Source: an uncultured bacterium (lineage in GTDB: Bacteria > Chloroflexota > Dormibacteria > Aeolococcales > Aeolococcaceae). Taken from it: 64,000 nt of DNA. The notes below the pieces were generated by a model. It did not search any database. It worked only from the letters and a program-made list of their open reading frames with translations, and was not told the origin of the DNA. The position numbers and the translations under genes are program-made. Within the stretch, counting starts at the first letter, position 1; every line of letters begins with the position of its first letter. Location: the NCBI GenBank assembly GCA_963847225.1, contig CAWJYZ010000003.1, forward strand, positions 153,512-217,511, read 5' to 3'. Shown piece by piece: positions 17,073 to 27,434 of the stretch.

Positions 17073-19980
17073 ATGGTCCGCGCAACACGATTCGCCGAGG
17101 TGGATAGCCGCGCGCACCTTCCCGAGGGAGAGCGCGTCATCCTCGATCTCTGGAAGCGCACCGACGTCTTCCGGCGCAGCCTCGAGCTGCGCAAGGACGG
17201 GCCGCCCTATGTCTTCTACGAGGGTCCGCCGACCGCCAACGGAGCGCCGGGGCTCCACCACGTCGAGGCGCGGTCCTTCAAGGACCTCTTTCCCCGCTAC
17301 CACTCCATGCGGGGGCGCTTTGTCGAGCGCAAGGGGGGGTGGGACACCCATGGTCTCCCGGTGGAGCTGGAGGTCGAGCGGAAGCTCGGGATCAATGGGA
17401 AGCGACAGATCGAGGAATACGGCGTGGCCCGCTTCAACGAGCTCTGCCGGCGGTCGGTCCTCGAGTACATCGACGACTGGGAGGCGCTGACCGACCGGAT
17501 GGGCTTCTGGATCGACGTGCGCCATCCCTACCGGACCCTGGACAGCACCTACATGGAATCGGTGTGGTGGAGCCTCAAACAGCTCTGGGAGCGCGACCTC
17601 CTCTATCGGGGCTACAAGGTCGTCCCCTACTGCCCGCGCTGCCAGACCTCCCTCTCGTCGCACGAGCTCTCGCTCGGATACCAGGACGACGTGCCCGATC
17701 CCTCCGTCTACGTCAAGTTCAAGCTCACCGGGGATGACGGGAGCTCGCTGCTCGCCTGGACCACGACCCCCTGGACACTCCCCGGCAACGTGGCCCTCGC
17801 TGTGCACCCGGACGCCGCCTATGTCACGGTGGAGCAGAAAGGGGAGAGGCTGATCCTGGCTCGGGACCGCCTCGAGGTTCTCGAGGGTCCCTACGAGATC
17901 GTCGCCGAGCTGCCGGGACGCGATCTGGTGGGCCGCAGCTATGAGCCTCTCTTCACCGACATGCTGCCCGAGGGCCGGGCCTTCGTCGTCCTCGCCGCCC
18001 CCGAGCTGGTGTCGCTGGAGGAGGGGACCGGCGTGGTGCACACGGCGGCCGCCTACGGGGAGGCGGACCTGGGCCTCTGTCAGCGCGAGGGAATCGCCAT
18101 CCGTCACGTCGTCGGCCTCGACGGCCGTTTCCTGGAGGGACAGAGCCGCTACCGCGGCCTCTTCGTCAAGGAGGCGGACCCCAGGATCGTCGCCGACCTC
18201 CAGGCGGAGGGCCGGCTCTACCGGGCGGGGGAGATCCGCCACTCCTATCCCTTCTGCTGGCGCTGCGACACTCCGCTCCTCTACTACGCGCTCAACTCCT
18301 GGTTCATCCGCACCACGGCCCTCAAGGCCCAGCTCATCGCCAACAACGCGAGCGTGCGCTGGCAGCCGGCCCACGTCCGCGAGGGCCGCATGGGCAACTG
18401 GCTCGAGAACCTCGTCGACTGGAACCTCTCACGGAGCCGCTACTGGGGGACGCCGCTCCCCATCTGGGAGTGCGAGGGCTGCGACGCCAAACGATGCGTT
18501 GGCAGCACCGCTGAGCTCGGCCTCAGCACCGACGACGATCTGCACAAGCCTGGCATCGACGAGGTCACGCTGCCCTGTCCGAGCTGTGGCGGGTTCATGC
18601 GGCGCGTCTCCGACGTCATCGACGTCTGGTACGACAGCGGCGCCATGCCCTTCGCCCAGCACCACTATCCCTTCGAGAACCAGGAGCTTTTCAGCCGCCG
18701 CCTTCCGGCCGACTTCATCTGCGAGGCGATGGACCAGACGCGGGGCTGGTTCTTCTCTCTGCTCGCCGAGAGCACGCTCCTCTTCGCCCAGCCCGCCTAC
18801 CGCAACGTCATCTCGCTGGGCCTGGTGCTGGGCAAGGACGGCCGGCGGATGAGCACGCGCCTGCGCAACGCGCTCGATCCGATGAAGACCCTGGAGGAGT
18901 TCGGCGCCGACGCCACCCGCTGGTATTTCTACAGCGCGGTCACCGCGGGGAGCGACTACAAGGTGGGACCCGAGCTCGTCCGCGACGTGGTCCGCCGCTT
19001 CCTGCTCACCCTCTGGAACACCTACAAGTTCTTCTGCGACTACGCCCGCGTCGACGGTTGGGATCCCGAGGCTCCGGCTCCGCCGGTGCGACAGCGGCCC
19101 GAGCTCGACCGCTGGTGCCTCGCCCGCCTCGGAGAGTGCGTCACCGGGGTTGGCGAGGCCCTCGACGGCTACGACGCCACCCAGGCCACGCGCCTCATCG
19201 AGGCCTACGTCGAGGACCTCTCCAAGTGGTACGTGCGCCGCTCCCGGCGCCGCTTCTGGAAGTCCGCGGAGCCCACGGATGCCGACAAGCGCTCCGCCTA
19301 CGCGACCCTGTACACGGCGCTCACCACCCTGGCGCGGCTCATCGCCCCCTTCATGCCCTTCATCAGCGAGCGCATGCACCGCAACCTCACCGGCCACGAG
19401 AGCGGCGATGCGCTGGCCGGCGCACCCGAACTCGGTGCACCTCACCGACTACCCGGAGGCGGACCTGGCGTGGGCGGACGCGGCGCTGGTCACGGAGATG
19501 GCGAGGCTGCGGCGTCTCGTCGAGGACGGTCTCGGCGCCCGCGAGACGGCGGGCATCGGTGTCCGCCAGCCGCTGCCCCTGGCGACGGTCCGCGGCCGGA
19601 GCTTGCCCGCGGAGCTCGAGGCCATCTTCGCCGAGGAGCTCAACGTCAAGGCCGTCGGCTACGCGACCCCCGGCGAGGGTGAGCACGACTCCGTCACCCT
19701 GGACACAACGATCACCGACGCCCTTCACCTCGAGGGGATCGTCCGCGAAGTGTCGCGCAAGGTCAATGAGCTGCGCCGTCAAGCCGGGCTCGCCCTCGAC
19801 GACCGCATCCAGCTCCTCATCGAGGCTGACGGCGACGTCCGCCGCGCGGTCGAATTCCACCGCCAGCACCTCATGGCGGAGATCCTCGCGACGGCAATCG
19901 ATTTCGGGCGCCGGGAAGCGCTCAGCGAGTGGTCGGGGAAGCTGCGCGGTGAGCCCTGCTGGCTGGGCGTCGTGCGGTGA
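17073..19980 (+). CDS. ileS: isoleucine--tRNA ligase (type 2), reading frame interrupted near 19400-19425
   Basis: HIGH motif PTANGAPGLHH is present. The editing and catalytic core runs in frame 0 to about 19410. The C-terminal anticodon-binding tail (SVHLTDYPEA...DALHLEGIVREV...) continues in frame +1 to 19980. There is a deviant KMSKS motif (RMSTR) at about 18847. Confidence 0.85.
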
Positions 19981-20507
19981 CGGTGGAGGAGCACGCAGCG
20001 CCGGTATCCACCCATCTTCCGCGCCACTCCACCGCGCGGCAGCGCTACCTGGTGATGCTGCCCACCGCCGCCGTCGTCATTGGCCTGGACCACCTCACCA
20101 AGTGGCTCGTCTCCTCGAACCTCGCGGTGGGGCAGTCGGTGCCGGCCACTCGCGCCTTCGTCAACATCCACTACATCCGCAACTCGGGAGCCGCCTTCGG
20201 CATCTTCCCCCAGTTCAGTGCGCTCTACCTCGTGGTGGCGGCGATCGTCGCCGCCTACGTGCTCATCTACGGGCCGCGCATGGGGGGCGGGGGGTTCCGC
20301 CTCCTGGCCCTCGGCTGCCTCCTCGGCGGCGCCATCTCCAACGGCATCGACCGCCTCCTCAACGGCTACGTCGTCGACTTCATCGACTTCCATTTCTGGC
20401 TCTTCCAGATCTTCAACCTCGCCGACCTGGCCATCGTCGGCGCCATCCTGATCCTCGCCATCGACTTCACCTTCCGGGGCGCCGGCGGCAGGGGTTCGGA
20501 AAGGTGA
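19977..20507 (+). CDS. lspA: lipoprotein signal peptidase II
   Basis: 176 aa with the conserved LspA motifs NSGAAFG and FNLADLAIVGA. The GTG start overlaps the ileS stop, and the true start may be Met27 at 20055. Confidence 0.85.
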   Translation: MTVEEHAAPVSTHLPRHSTARQRYLVMLPTAAVVIGLDHLTKWLVSSNLAVGQSVPATRAFVNIHYIRNSGAAFGIFPQFSALYLVVAAIVAAYVLIYGPRMGGGGFRLLALGCLLGGAISNGIDRLLNGYVVDFIDFHFWLFQIFNLADLAIVGAILILAIDFTFRGAGGRGSER

Positions 20508-21406
20508 CGTTGGTGGCCGAGCTGGAGCGGCGTCCCCGGCTCGACGTCTGGCTGGCGCGCGAGCATGGCCTGAGCCGGCATGCCGCCCAGGAGCTCATCG
20601 CCGCCGGGGGCGTTCGGGTCAACGACCGTCCCGCCAACGCCGCCCGGCGCATCTCAGCCGGCGATCGTGTGAGCGTCACGCTCCCCGCCGCGAGGGAGCG
20701 GAGCGCTGCGGTGGAGGGGCCGGAGGTGAGCCTCTCCATCGTCTTCGAGGATGAGTGCCTCGCGGTTGTCGACAAGCCGGCGGGCCTCGTCGTGCATCCC
20801 GCTCCCGGGCACCCGCACGGCACCCTCGCCGACGGTCTGCGCCAGCACGGCGCCACCTGGTCCCTCTGGGGAGGTGTGGAGCGGCCGGGTATCGTCCACC
20901 GTCTGGACCGCGATACCTCGGGGCTCCTCGTCGTCGCCAAGTCGGAGGCGGCCCACCGCAACCTCTCCGCCCAGCTCGAACGGCGCCGCCTGACACGCGC
21001 CTACTGGGCTCTGGTGCATGGCGGCTTCGCCGAAGAGAGCGGCAGCATCGACGCCCCCATCGGCCGCAGCCCCCGCGACCGCAAGAGGATGGCGGTCGTC
21101 GAGACGGGGAGATCGGCGATCACCGACTTCCAGGTGAGCGCCCGCCATCCTCGCACCACCGAGCTGGACGTGCGGCTGCGCAGTGGTCGCACGCATCAGA
21201 TCCGGGTCCATCTGGCCTTCACCGGCCATCCCGTGGTGGGCGATCCCCTCTATGGACGCCGGCGTGACGGAGCGTCGCGACTCGCCCTGCACGCGCGGCT
21301 CCTCCGCTTCACGCACCCCGCTGACGGTCGCGAGCTGTCCTTTTCGTCACCCCTCCCCAGTGAGCTCACGGCCCTTCGCGAAGCGGCGCGGGAGGGCCGG
21401 CTCTGA
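20504..21406 (+). CDS. rluD: RluA-family 23S rRNA pseudouridine synthase (RluD-like)
   Basis: An S4 domain is followed by the catalytic HRLDRDTSGLLVVAK motif and THQIRVHLA. The GTG start overlaps the lspA stop (GTGA). Confidence 0.85.
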   Translation: MTLVAELERRPRLDVWLAREHGLSRHAAQELIAAGGVRVNDRPANAARRISAGDRVSVTLPAARERSAAVEGPEVSLSIVFEDECLAVVDKPAGLVVHPAPGHPHGTLADGLRQHGATWSLWGGVERPGIVHRLDRDTSGLLVVAKSEAAHRNLSAQLERRRLTRAYWALVHGGFAEESGSIDAPIGRSPRDRKRMAVVETGRSAITDFQVSARHPRTTELDVRLRSGRTHQIRVHLAFTGHPVVGDPLYGRRRDGASRLALHARLLRFTHPADGRELSFSSPLPSELTALREAAREGRL

Positions 21407-21408
21407 GC

Positions 21409-22014
21409 ATGGGGAACGCTGTCCAGCGACCGCGGCTCTTTGCCGGACCAGGACGGCTCGTCATCATCTCCGGTCCCAGCGGGGTGGGCAAGGACACCGT
21501 GCTCCGCGAGCTCTTCCGGATCGCGCCCTGGCTCAACTATTCGATCTCCTACACCACGCGGCCCCCACGTCCCGGGGAGGTGGACGGAAAGTCCTACTCC
21601 TTTGTCGATGAGGCGGAGTTCGAGGCCCTGCGCGAGCGCCATGAGTTCCTGGAGTACGCGAGGGTGCACGGCCATTGGTACGGGACCTCGGAGAGACGCG
21701 TCCGAGAGAGCCTGGAACGCGGTGAGGACATCGTGCTCAAGATCGACGTCCAGGGGGCGGCCTGGATCCGCCCCCGGGTCGAGGGGGCCATCTTCATCTT
21801 CCTGCTCCCGCCGAGCCGCGAAGAGCTGCGCCGCCGCCTCGAGGAGCGCGCCACGGAGTCCGCGGAAAGCCTCGAGCTGCGCTGGGCCGCCGCCGAGGCC
21901 GAGCTCGGCGAGCGAGACCGCTACGATCATCGTGTCGTCAATGACGACGTGGAACGCGCCGCCCGCGAGATCCTCGCCATCGTCGAGCACAGCCGGCCGA
22001 AGGAGAGAGCGTGA
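21409..22014 (+). CDS. gmk: guanylate kinase
   Basis: P-loop ISGPSGVGKDT and the guanylate kinase signature YSISYTTRPPRPGEVDGKSY. Confidence 0.9.
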   Translation: MGNAVQRPRLFAGPGRLVIISGPSGVGKDTVLRELFRIAPWLNYSISYTTRPPRPGEVDGKSYSFVDEAEFEALRERHEFLEYARVHGHWYGTSERRVRESLERGEDIVLKIDVQGAAWIRPRVEGAIFIFLLPPSREELRRRLEERATESAESLELRWAAAEAELGERDRYDHRVVNDDVERAAREILAIVEHSRPKERA

Positions 22015-23332
22015 CAGCTGAGGATCAGCCGGTCGGCGGGGAGCTCGAGGGCCGCCGCATCCTCGTCGGGATCGGCGGTAGCGTCGCCGCCTACAAGGCC
22101 GCCGATCTCGTCGTCCTCCTGCGCCGGCGCGGCGCCTCGGTGCGGGTGGCGATGACCCCCTCGGCGACCCGCTTCATCGCCCCCCTCACCCTGCGCAGCC
22201 TCTCCGCCAACCCGGTCGTCGCCGACCTCTTCGAGCCCACCGAGACGGGCCACGGCATGGAGCACCTCTCGCTGGCCCAATGGTCGGAGCTGCTGGTGAT
22301 CGCCGCCGCCTCCGCCAACCTCATCGCGCGTCTCGCCCTCGGCCTGGCCGACGACGCCGTCACCGCCACCGCGCTCGCCTCCCCCGCCCCGCTCCTCATC
22401 GCCCCGGCCATGGAGACGGCGATGTGGGAGCATCCGGCGACAGCGCAGCACGTGGCCACGCTCCGCGACCGGGGAGCGGTCCTGGTCGGTCCGGAGACGG
22501 GCCGGCTGGCGAGTGGCAGGGAGGGCTTGGGACGCATGGCGGACCCCGCGGCAATCCTGGACGCCGCGGTGAGGCTCCTCCGAGAGCGGCTTCCCCCGGC
22601 CTCGTCGTGAGAGCGGTGCCGCGCCCAGCTGCCGCAGGCCGTCCTGGGGACGCCAGCTCGGGCGGCTCTCTCGCCGGCCTCCGTGTCGTCGTGACCGCCG
22701 GCGGCACCCGGGAAGCCATCGATCCGGTGCGCTTCATCGGCAATCGCTCGAGCGGCAAGATGGGCAACGCGCTCGTCGCCGCCTGCCTCGAGGCCGGGGC
22801 CACCGTCGAGCTCATCACGGCGGCTTCTCCTCCGCCCCCCGCCCCAGGCCTTCGGGTGAGCGCCGTGGAAAGTGCGGCCCAGATGCAGCGTGCCGTCTGG
22901 GAGGCCCTGACGCGAGCCGATGTCCTGCTGATGGCGGCCGCCGTCGCCGATTACCGGCCCCGGGAGGTCGCCCCCCGGAAGCTCAAGAAGAGCACCTCTC
23001 CGCTCCGCATCGAGCTGGAGCCCACGGAGGACATCCTCGCCTCCCTCCGTGAGCATCCGCAGCGGGCGGGCAGCCTGGTGGTGGGCTTCGCCGCCGAGAC
23101 CGACGAAGCGGAGGCGAATGCCGCCGCCAAGCTGCGCGAGAAGGGGATCGACCTCATCGTCCTCAATGACGTCTCCCAGCCAGGCATCGGGATGGGCAGC
23201 GACGACAACGCCGTGACGGTCCTGGATGGCGGCGGCGTCGTGGCCGTCACCGGACGGATGCCGAAGGCCGACATCGCACGCCGCCTGGTGGCCCTCGTCG
23301 CCGAGCGCGTGCCGCCCACGGGAGGCGGCTGA
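22011..23332 (+). CDS. coaBC: bifunctional phosphopantothenoylcysteine decarboxylase / phosphopantothenate--cysteine ligase, frame interrupted near 22600
   Basis: The CoaC flavoprotein domain occupies 22011-22610 (ILVGIGGSVAAYKA). The CoaB domain (LRVVVTAGGTREAIDPVRFIGNRSSGKMG) lies in the -1 frame from about 22660 to 23332. A C5 homopolymer at about 22594-22598 is the likely indel site. Confidence 0.8.
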
Positions 23333-23383
23333 GGGGAAGAAGAGGCTGAGGGAGGGGGAGTGTCTTCTCGGAGCGCTTTCGAG

Positions 23384-23410
23384 GAATGAGGAACGCTCTG
23401 TTCCTCATTC
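23384..23410. repeat. perfect 11-bp-stem hairpin GAATGAGGAAC-gctct-GTTCCTCATTC, member of a small palindromic repeat family
   Basis: An exact inverted repeat seen directly in the sequence. The same GTTCCTCAT(T) core recurs twice in tandem at 49619-49677. Confidence 0.7.
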
Positions 23411-23741
23411 GAGCAAGCGCCACCGCAAAGGGCGTGTGCCTCCCGCCCCCCAGCCGTCCGGCGGTGGGCGCGCCGTCGGGAGGGCGGCGTTGATCAGAAG
23501 CACACGCTGGATCGTGGTCACGAAATCGTCGGCGAGCGCCGCCTGCGCGGCCCGACCGAGCGCCGCCGACACGGGGTTCGAACCTCCGCTCGTCGACGGG
23601 CAGCCGGCACGCGCATTGCCGCCGGCCCTCGCGCATGCCAAGATGTAGGGGCTCGAACGGATGCTCCCACAGTTTGTCGTGGCCACTTGGGAAGAGGGCA
23701 GGGTGGGTGGCCTGGGTCCGCCGGATGGGACGAGGTGGAGG

Positions 23742-25836
23742 ATGACGGGGACGCTGGTAGCACCGGCACCGGTGCCGGAGGGCGACACCAGGACGGCCGG
23801 CGAGGGGGCCGCCGACGGGCACGCCACGCCCTCCCCGCGCTACGCGGACGTGGTCCCTGACACCCGCGCCCTCCTGCCCCAGGAGCGCTACACCTACCTG
23901 GTCCCAGAGGGGATGCGGGAGGAGGTCCGGGCTGGCGTGCGCGTTCGAGTGCCATTTGGCCAGCGCACGGTGCCCGGTCTCGTCATTGCGGTCTCGGCCA
24001 GGTCCGACCACACCGAGGTCCGTCCCCTGGACGCCGTCCTCGATCCCGAGCCCCTCCTCGGCGAGAACCTCCTCGGCCTCGCCGAATGGATCGCGGCCCG
24101 CTACTGCGCGCCACTCGCCGAGGTCCTCAAGGCCATGGTGCCCAAGGGTGCGCGCCCCGCTCGACCGCCGAGCGGACGCCGGCGCGGACCGCGCTCGGAG
24201 TCCGCCGCCCTCGCCGCCGCCCGGGCCACCCACCGGCGCAGCCCTCCTCCCAGGCTGACCCCGGCGCAGGCGGCGGCCGCTCGTCCGCTCCTCGAGGCCA
24301 TCGAGGCCGGCGTCCACCGGCGGGTGCTCCTCCACGGGGTGACGGGGAGCGGGAAGACGGAGGTCTACCTCGCCGCCATCGACGCCGCGCTGCGCCGGAG
24401 GAGGCAGGCGATCTGCCTCGTTCCCGAGATCGCCCTCACCCCCCAGATGATCCGCCGCTTCGCGGTCCGGTTTCCGGGCCGCCTGGCCGTCATCCACTCG
24501 GCGCTCACCGACGCCGAGCGCGCGCTCGAATGGTCCCGCGCCCGCACCGGTGGCATCGACGTCGTGGTCGGCTCGCGAAGCGCCGTCTTCGCGCCGCTCC
24601 CTCACCTCGGGGTGGTCGTCGTCGACGAGGAGGACGCCTCGGCCTACAAGCAGGACCGGATCCCGCGCTATCACGCCGTCGACGTCGCCCTCGAGCTGGG
24701 TCGGAGGGCCGGCGCTCCGGTGGTGCTGGGCAGCGCCACCCCTCGGGTGGAGACCTACTTTCAGGCCCACACCGGGGGGCTCGAGCTCACCACCATCGAG
24801 GCGCGGATCACCGGCAGGCCGCTGCCCCCCATCGAGGTGGTCGACCTGCGCGAGGAGCTTCGCGCCGGCAACCGCGGCCCGCTCTCCGAGACGCTCATCC
24901 GCGCCCTGGACCAATGCCGTGCCGAGGGCGGTCAGTCGATCCTCTACCTGAACCGGAGGGGCACCGCGACGGTCGTGCTCTGCCGCTCGTGCGGGGTGCC
25001 GCTGGAGTGCCGGAACTGCAGCGTCTCCCTTGTCTACCACGCCGGTCGGCGGCGCTGCGACTGCCATTACTGCGGCGCCTCGCGCGATCTCCCGGAGCGC
25101 TGTCCGTCCTGCGGCTCGGCGGCGATCCGTGGGCTGGGCATGGGAACGGAGCGGCTAGAGGCGGAGGTCACCGCCCTCTTCCCGGGCATGCGCCTCCTCC
25201 GCATGGACCGCGACACTGTGCAGCGGCGCGACGCGTATTTCGAGATCTACGAACGGTTTCGGGGCGGCCATGCGGACTGCCTCATCGGCACCCAGATGGT
25301 GGCCAAGGGATGGGACCTGGCGCGGGTGCGATTGGTCGGCATCGTCAACGCCGACACCTCGCTCCACTTCCCCGATTACCGGAGCGGCGAGGTGACGTTC
25401 TCCCTTCTGACCCAGGTGGCGGGGCGCGCGGGCCGGGGCGACGAGCCAGCGCGGGTGATCCTGCAGACCTATAGTCCCGAGCACTACGCGGTCCGTCATG
25501 CCGTGTCGCACGATTACCGGGGGTTCGCCCATGATGAGATCCGGGTGCGTCGCGACCACCGCTTTCCCCCCTATGCGCGCCTCGTCACCTGCACCGTCGA
25601 GTCAGGCCGATGACGGCGTCGCCGAGGCCGCCGCGCGGCGGTGCGCCGCGGATCTCTCTGCTATCCTCGGCAGCGGCGCCGGGCTCGACGTCCTCGGCCC
25701 GACCCCCGCCTTCCTGCACCGCCTTCGTGGCCAGCATCGCTGGCAGGTGACGGTGCGGGGGACGGCGATCGAGAGGGCGTTTCGACATCTGCCGAAAGGC
25801 CGCGGCTGGAGCATCGACGTCGACCCCGCCATGTAG
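23742..25836 (+). CDS. priA: primosomal protein N' (replication restart helicase PriA), frame interrupted near 25600
   Basis: The 3'BD N-terminus, Walker A HGVTGSGKTEVYL, and a Cys4 zinc-binding region (CRSCGVPLECRNCSVSLVYH...CDCHYCG...CPSCGS) are all present. The C-terminal tail (AFLHRLRGQHRWQVTVRG...DVDPAM) continues in frame +1 (25498-25836) after a stop at 25613. The start is either the ATG at 23742 or at 23661. Confidence 0.85.
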
Positions 25837-25877
25837 GGGCGGCGATCCTCAGGGGATCCGAGGAGCTGTGCAGCATC

Positions 25878-26399
25878 GTGACCCATCTTCACATCGTCAC
25901 CGTCGACGAGGGCAATCCGGTACTGCGCCGCAAGGCACCGCGCGTGGCACGCGTCGACAACTCCATTCGCCGGCTCATGGACGACATGATGGAGACCATG
26001 GTGGCGGCGCCCGGCGTCGGTCTTGCCGCCCCGCAGGTCGACGTCTCCCTCCGGGTCATCACCCTCAAGGTCGACAACCAGCTCTATCACCTCGCCAATC
26101 CCGAGATCATCAAGCAGCAGGGAGAGCAGACGGGGTACGAGGGATGCCTCTCCATCCCGGGCATGGTCGGTGAGGTCACCCGTGCCGAGAAGGTCGTCTG
26201 CAAGGCGCTCAGCAGAAGCGGCAAGCAGGTGCGTATCAAAGGCAGCGGCCTCCTGGCCCGCGCCATCCTGCACGAGATCGATCACCTCGACGGCATCCTC
26301 TTCACCGACCGGCTCACCGATCCCAGCACGCTGCGCCGGGTCGAGGAGATGACCGATGTCGAGGTGCAGGCGGTGGAGGGGGAGGTCGTGCCGGCATAA
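25878..26399 (+). CDS. def: peptide deformylase
   Basis: The GTG start at 25878 is preceded by AGGAG about 12 nt upstream. Def motifs GVGLAAPQV, EGCLSIPG and HEIDHLDG are present. Confidence 0.85.
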   Translation: MTHLHIVTVDEGNPVLRRKAPRVARVDNSIRRLMDDMMETMVAAPGVGLAAPQVDVSLRVITLKVDNQLYHLANPEIIKQQGEQTGYEGCLSIPGMVGEVTRAEKVVCKALSRSGKQVRIKGSGLLARAILHEIDHLDGILFTDRLTDPSTLRRVEEMTDVEVQAVEGEVVPA

Positions 26400-26516
26400 C
26401 CCTGCCACCGAAGGTCGGCGGGCGGCAGTTCGTCAGCGCGATCCTGCGGCGCAGCGCATCCAGCCGACCTCGGCGCGCACGCGGGCCGGCGCACGCGGCA
26501 AAGTAGCTGCTAGCCC

Positions 26517-27425
26517 ATGAGGATCGTCTTCTGCGGGACCGCCGAGTTCGCGGTGCCGAGCCTTCGAGCCTGCAACGCTCGGCACGAGGTCGTGGCCGCC
26601 GTGACGCAGCCGGCTCGTCGCGGCAGCCGGGGCCGTCCCGCGCCCCGCCCCGTGGCCGATGCCGCGGCGCAGCTCGGCATTGACGTGCTCCAGCCGGAGC
26701 GCATCCGAAGATCGGCCGCCGTCGAGGAGATCCTGAGGCTGGCTGCGGACGTTCTCGTCGTTGCCGCCTACGGACAGATCATCCCCGCCGAGCTCCTCGA
26801 CGGCCATCGCTGGGGCGGCGTCAATGTCCACGCCTCGCTCCTGCCGCGCTGGCGTGGCGCGGCGCCCGTGGCCCGCGCCATCCTCGCCGGTGACAGCGTG
26901 ACCGGGGTCTCGATCATGAGCATGGATGCGGGGCTCGACACCGGCTCCGTCTACACCCAGCGGCGGGTTGCGATCCAGAACCGGGCGACGACGCCGGTGC
27001 TCACCCAGGAGCTGGCGGTCGCCGGGGCCGAGGAGCTGGTCTCGGTGCTCGCCGCCCTCGAACGGGGAAGCGCCACCGCCGCGCCGCAGGCGCAGGAGGG
27101 GGTGAGCTATGCGCCCCGCCTCACGCGCCAGGACGGCCGTCTCGACTGGACGGCACGCACCGCCATCGCCATCGACCGGATGGTGCGGGCGCTCCAGCCC
27201 TGGCCCGGGGTGACCGGCCAGCTCGCCGGAAGCCCGGTTCGGCTGCTGGCCGGGGAGGTCTGCGGGGAGGCGGTGGCGCCGGAGGTCACACCGGGAAGCG
27301 TCGTGCGCACCGAAGGGGAATCGGTGCTGGTGGCCACCGCCGAGGGCATCTATCGGCTCGACACCGTCCAGCCCGCGGGGCGGCGAGTGATGAGCGCGGC
27401 AGCCTTCCTGCGCGGCCGGCGCTGA
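26517..27425 (+). CDS. fmt: methionyl-tRNA formyltransferase
   Basis: MRIVFCGTAEFAVPSL, with the formyltransferase core NVHASLLPRWRGAAP. It follows def. Confidence 0.9.
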   Translation: MRIVFCGTAEFAVPSLRACNARHEVVAAVTQPARRGSRGRPAPRPVADAAAQLGIDVLQPERIRRSAAVEEILRLAADVLVVAAYGQIIPAELLDGHRWGGVNVHASLLPRWRGAAPVARAILAGDSVTGVSIMSMDAGLDTGSVYTQRRVAIQNRATTPVLTQELAVAGAEELVSVLAALERGSATAAPQAQEGVSYAPRLTRQDGRLDWTARTAIAIDRMVRALQPWPGVTGQLAGSPVRLLAGEVCGEAVAPEVTPGSVVRTEGESVLVATAEGIYRLDTVQPAGRRVMSAAAFLRGRR

Positions 27426-27434
27426 GGCAGGGCG

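Noticed and set aside
23571-23600. Possible tRNA, because of the GGTTCGAACC T-loop-like palindrome
   Set aside because: No acceptor, D or anticodon stems and no CCA context could be drawn on either strand. It is kept only as a note in findings.
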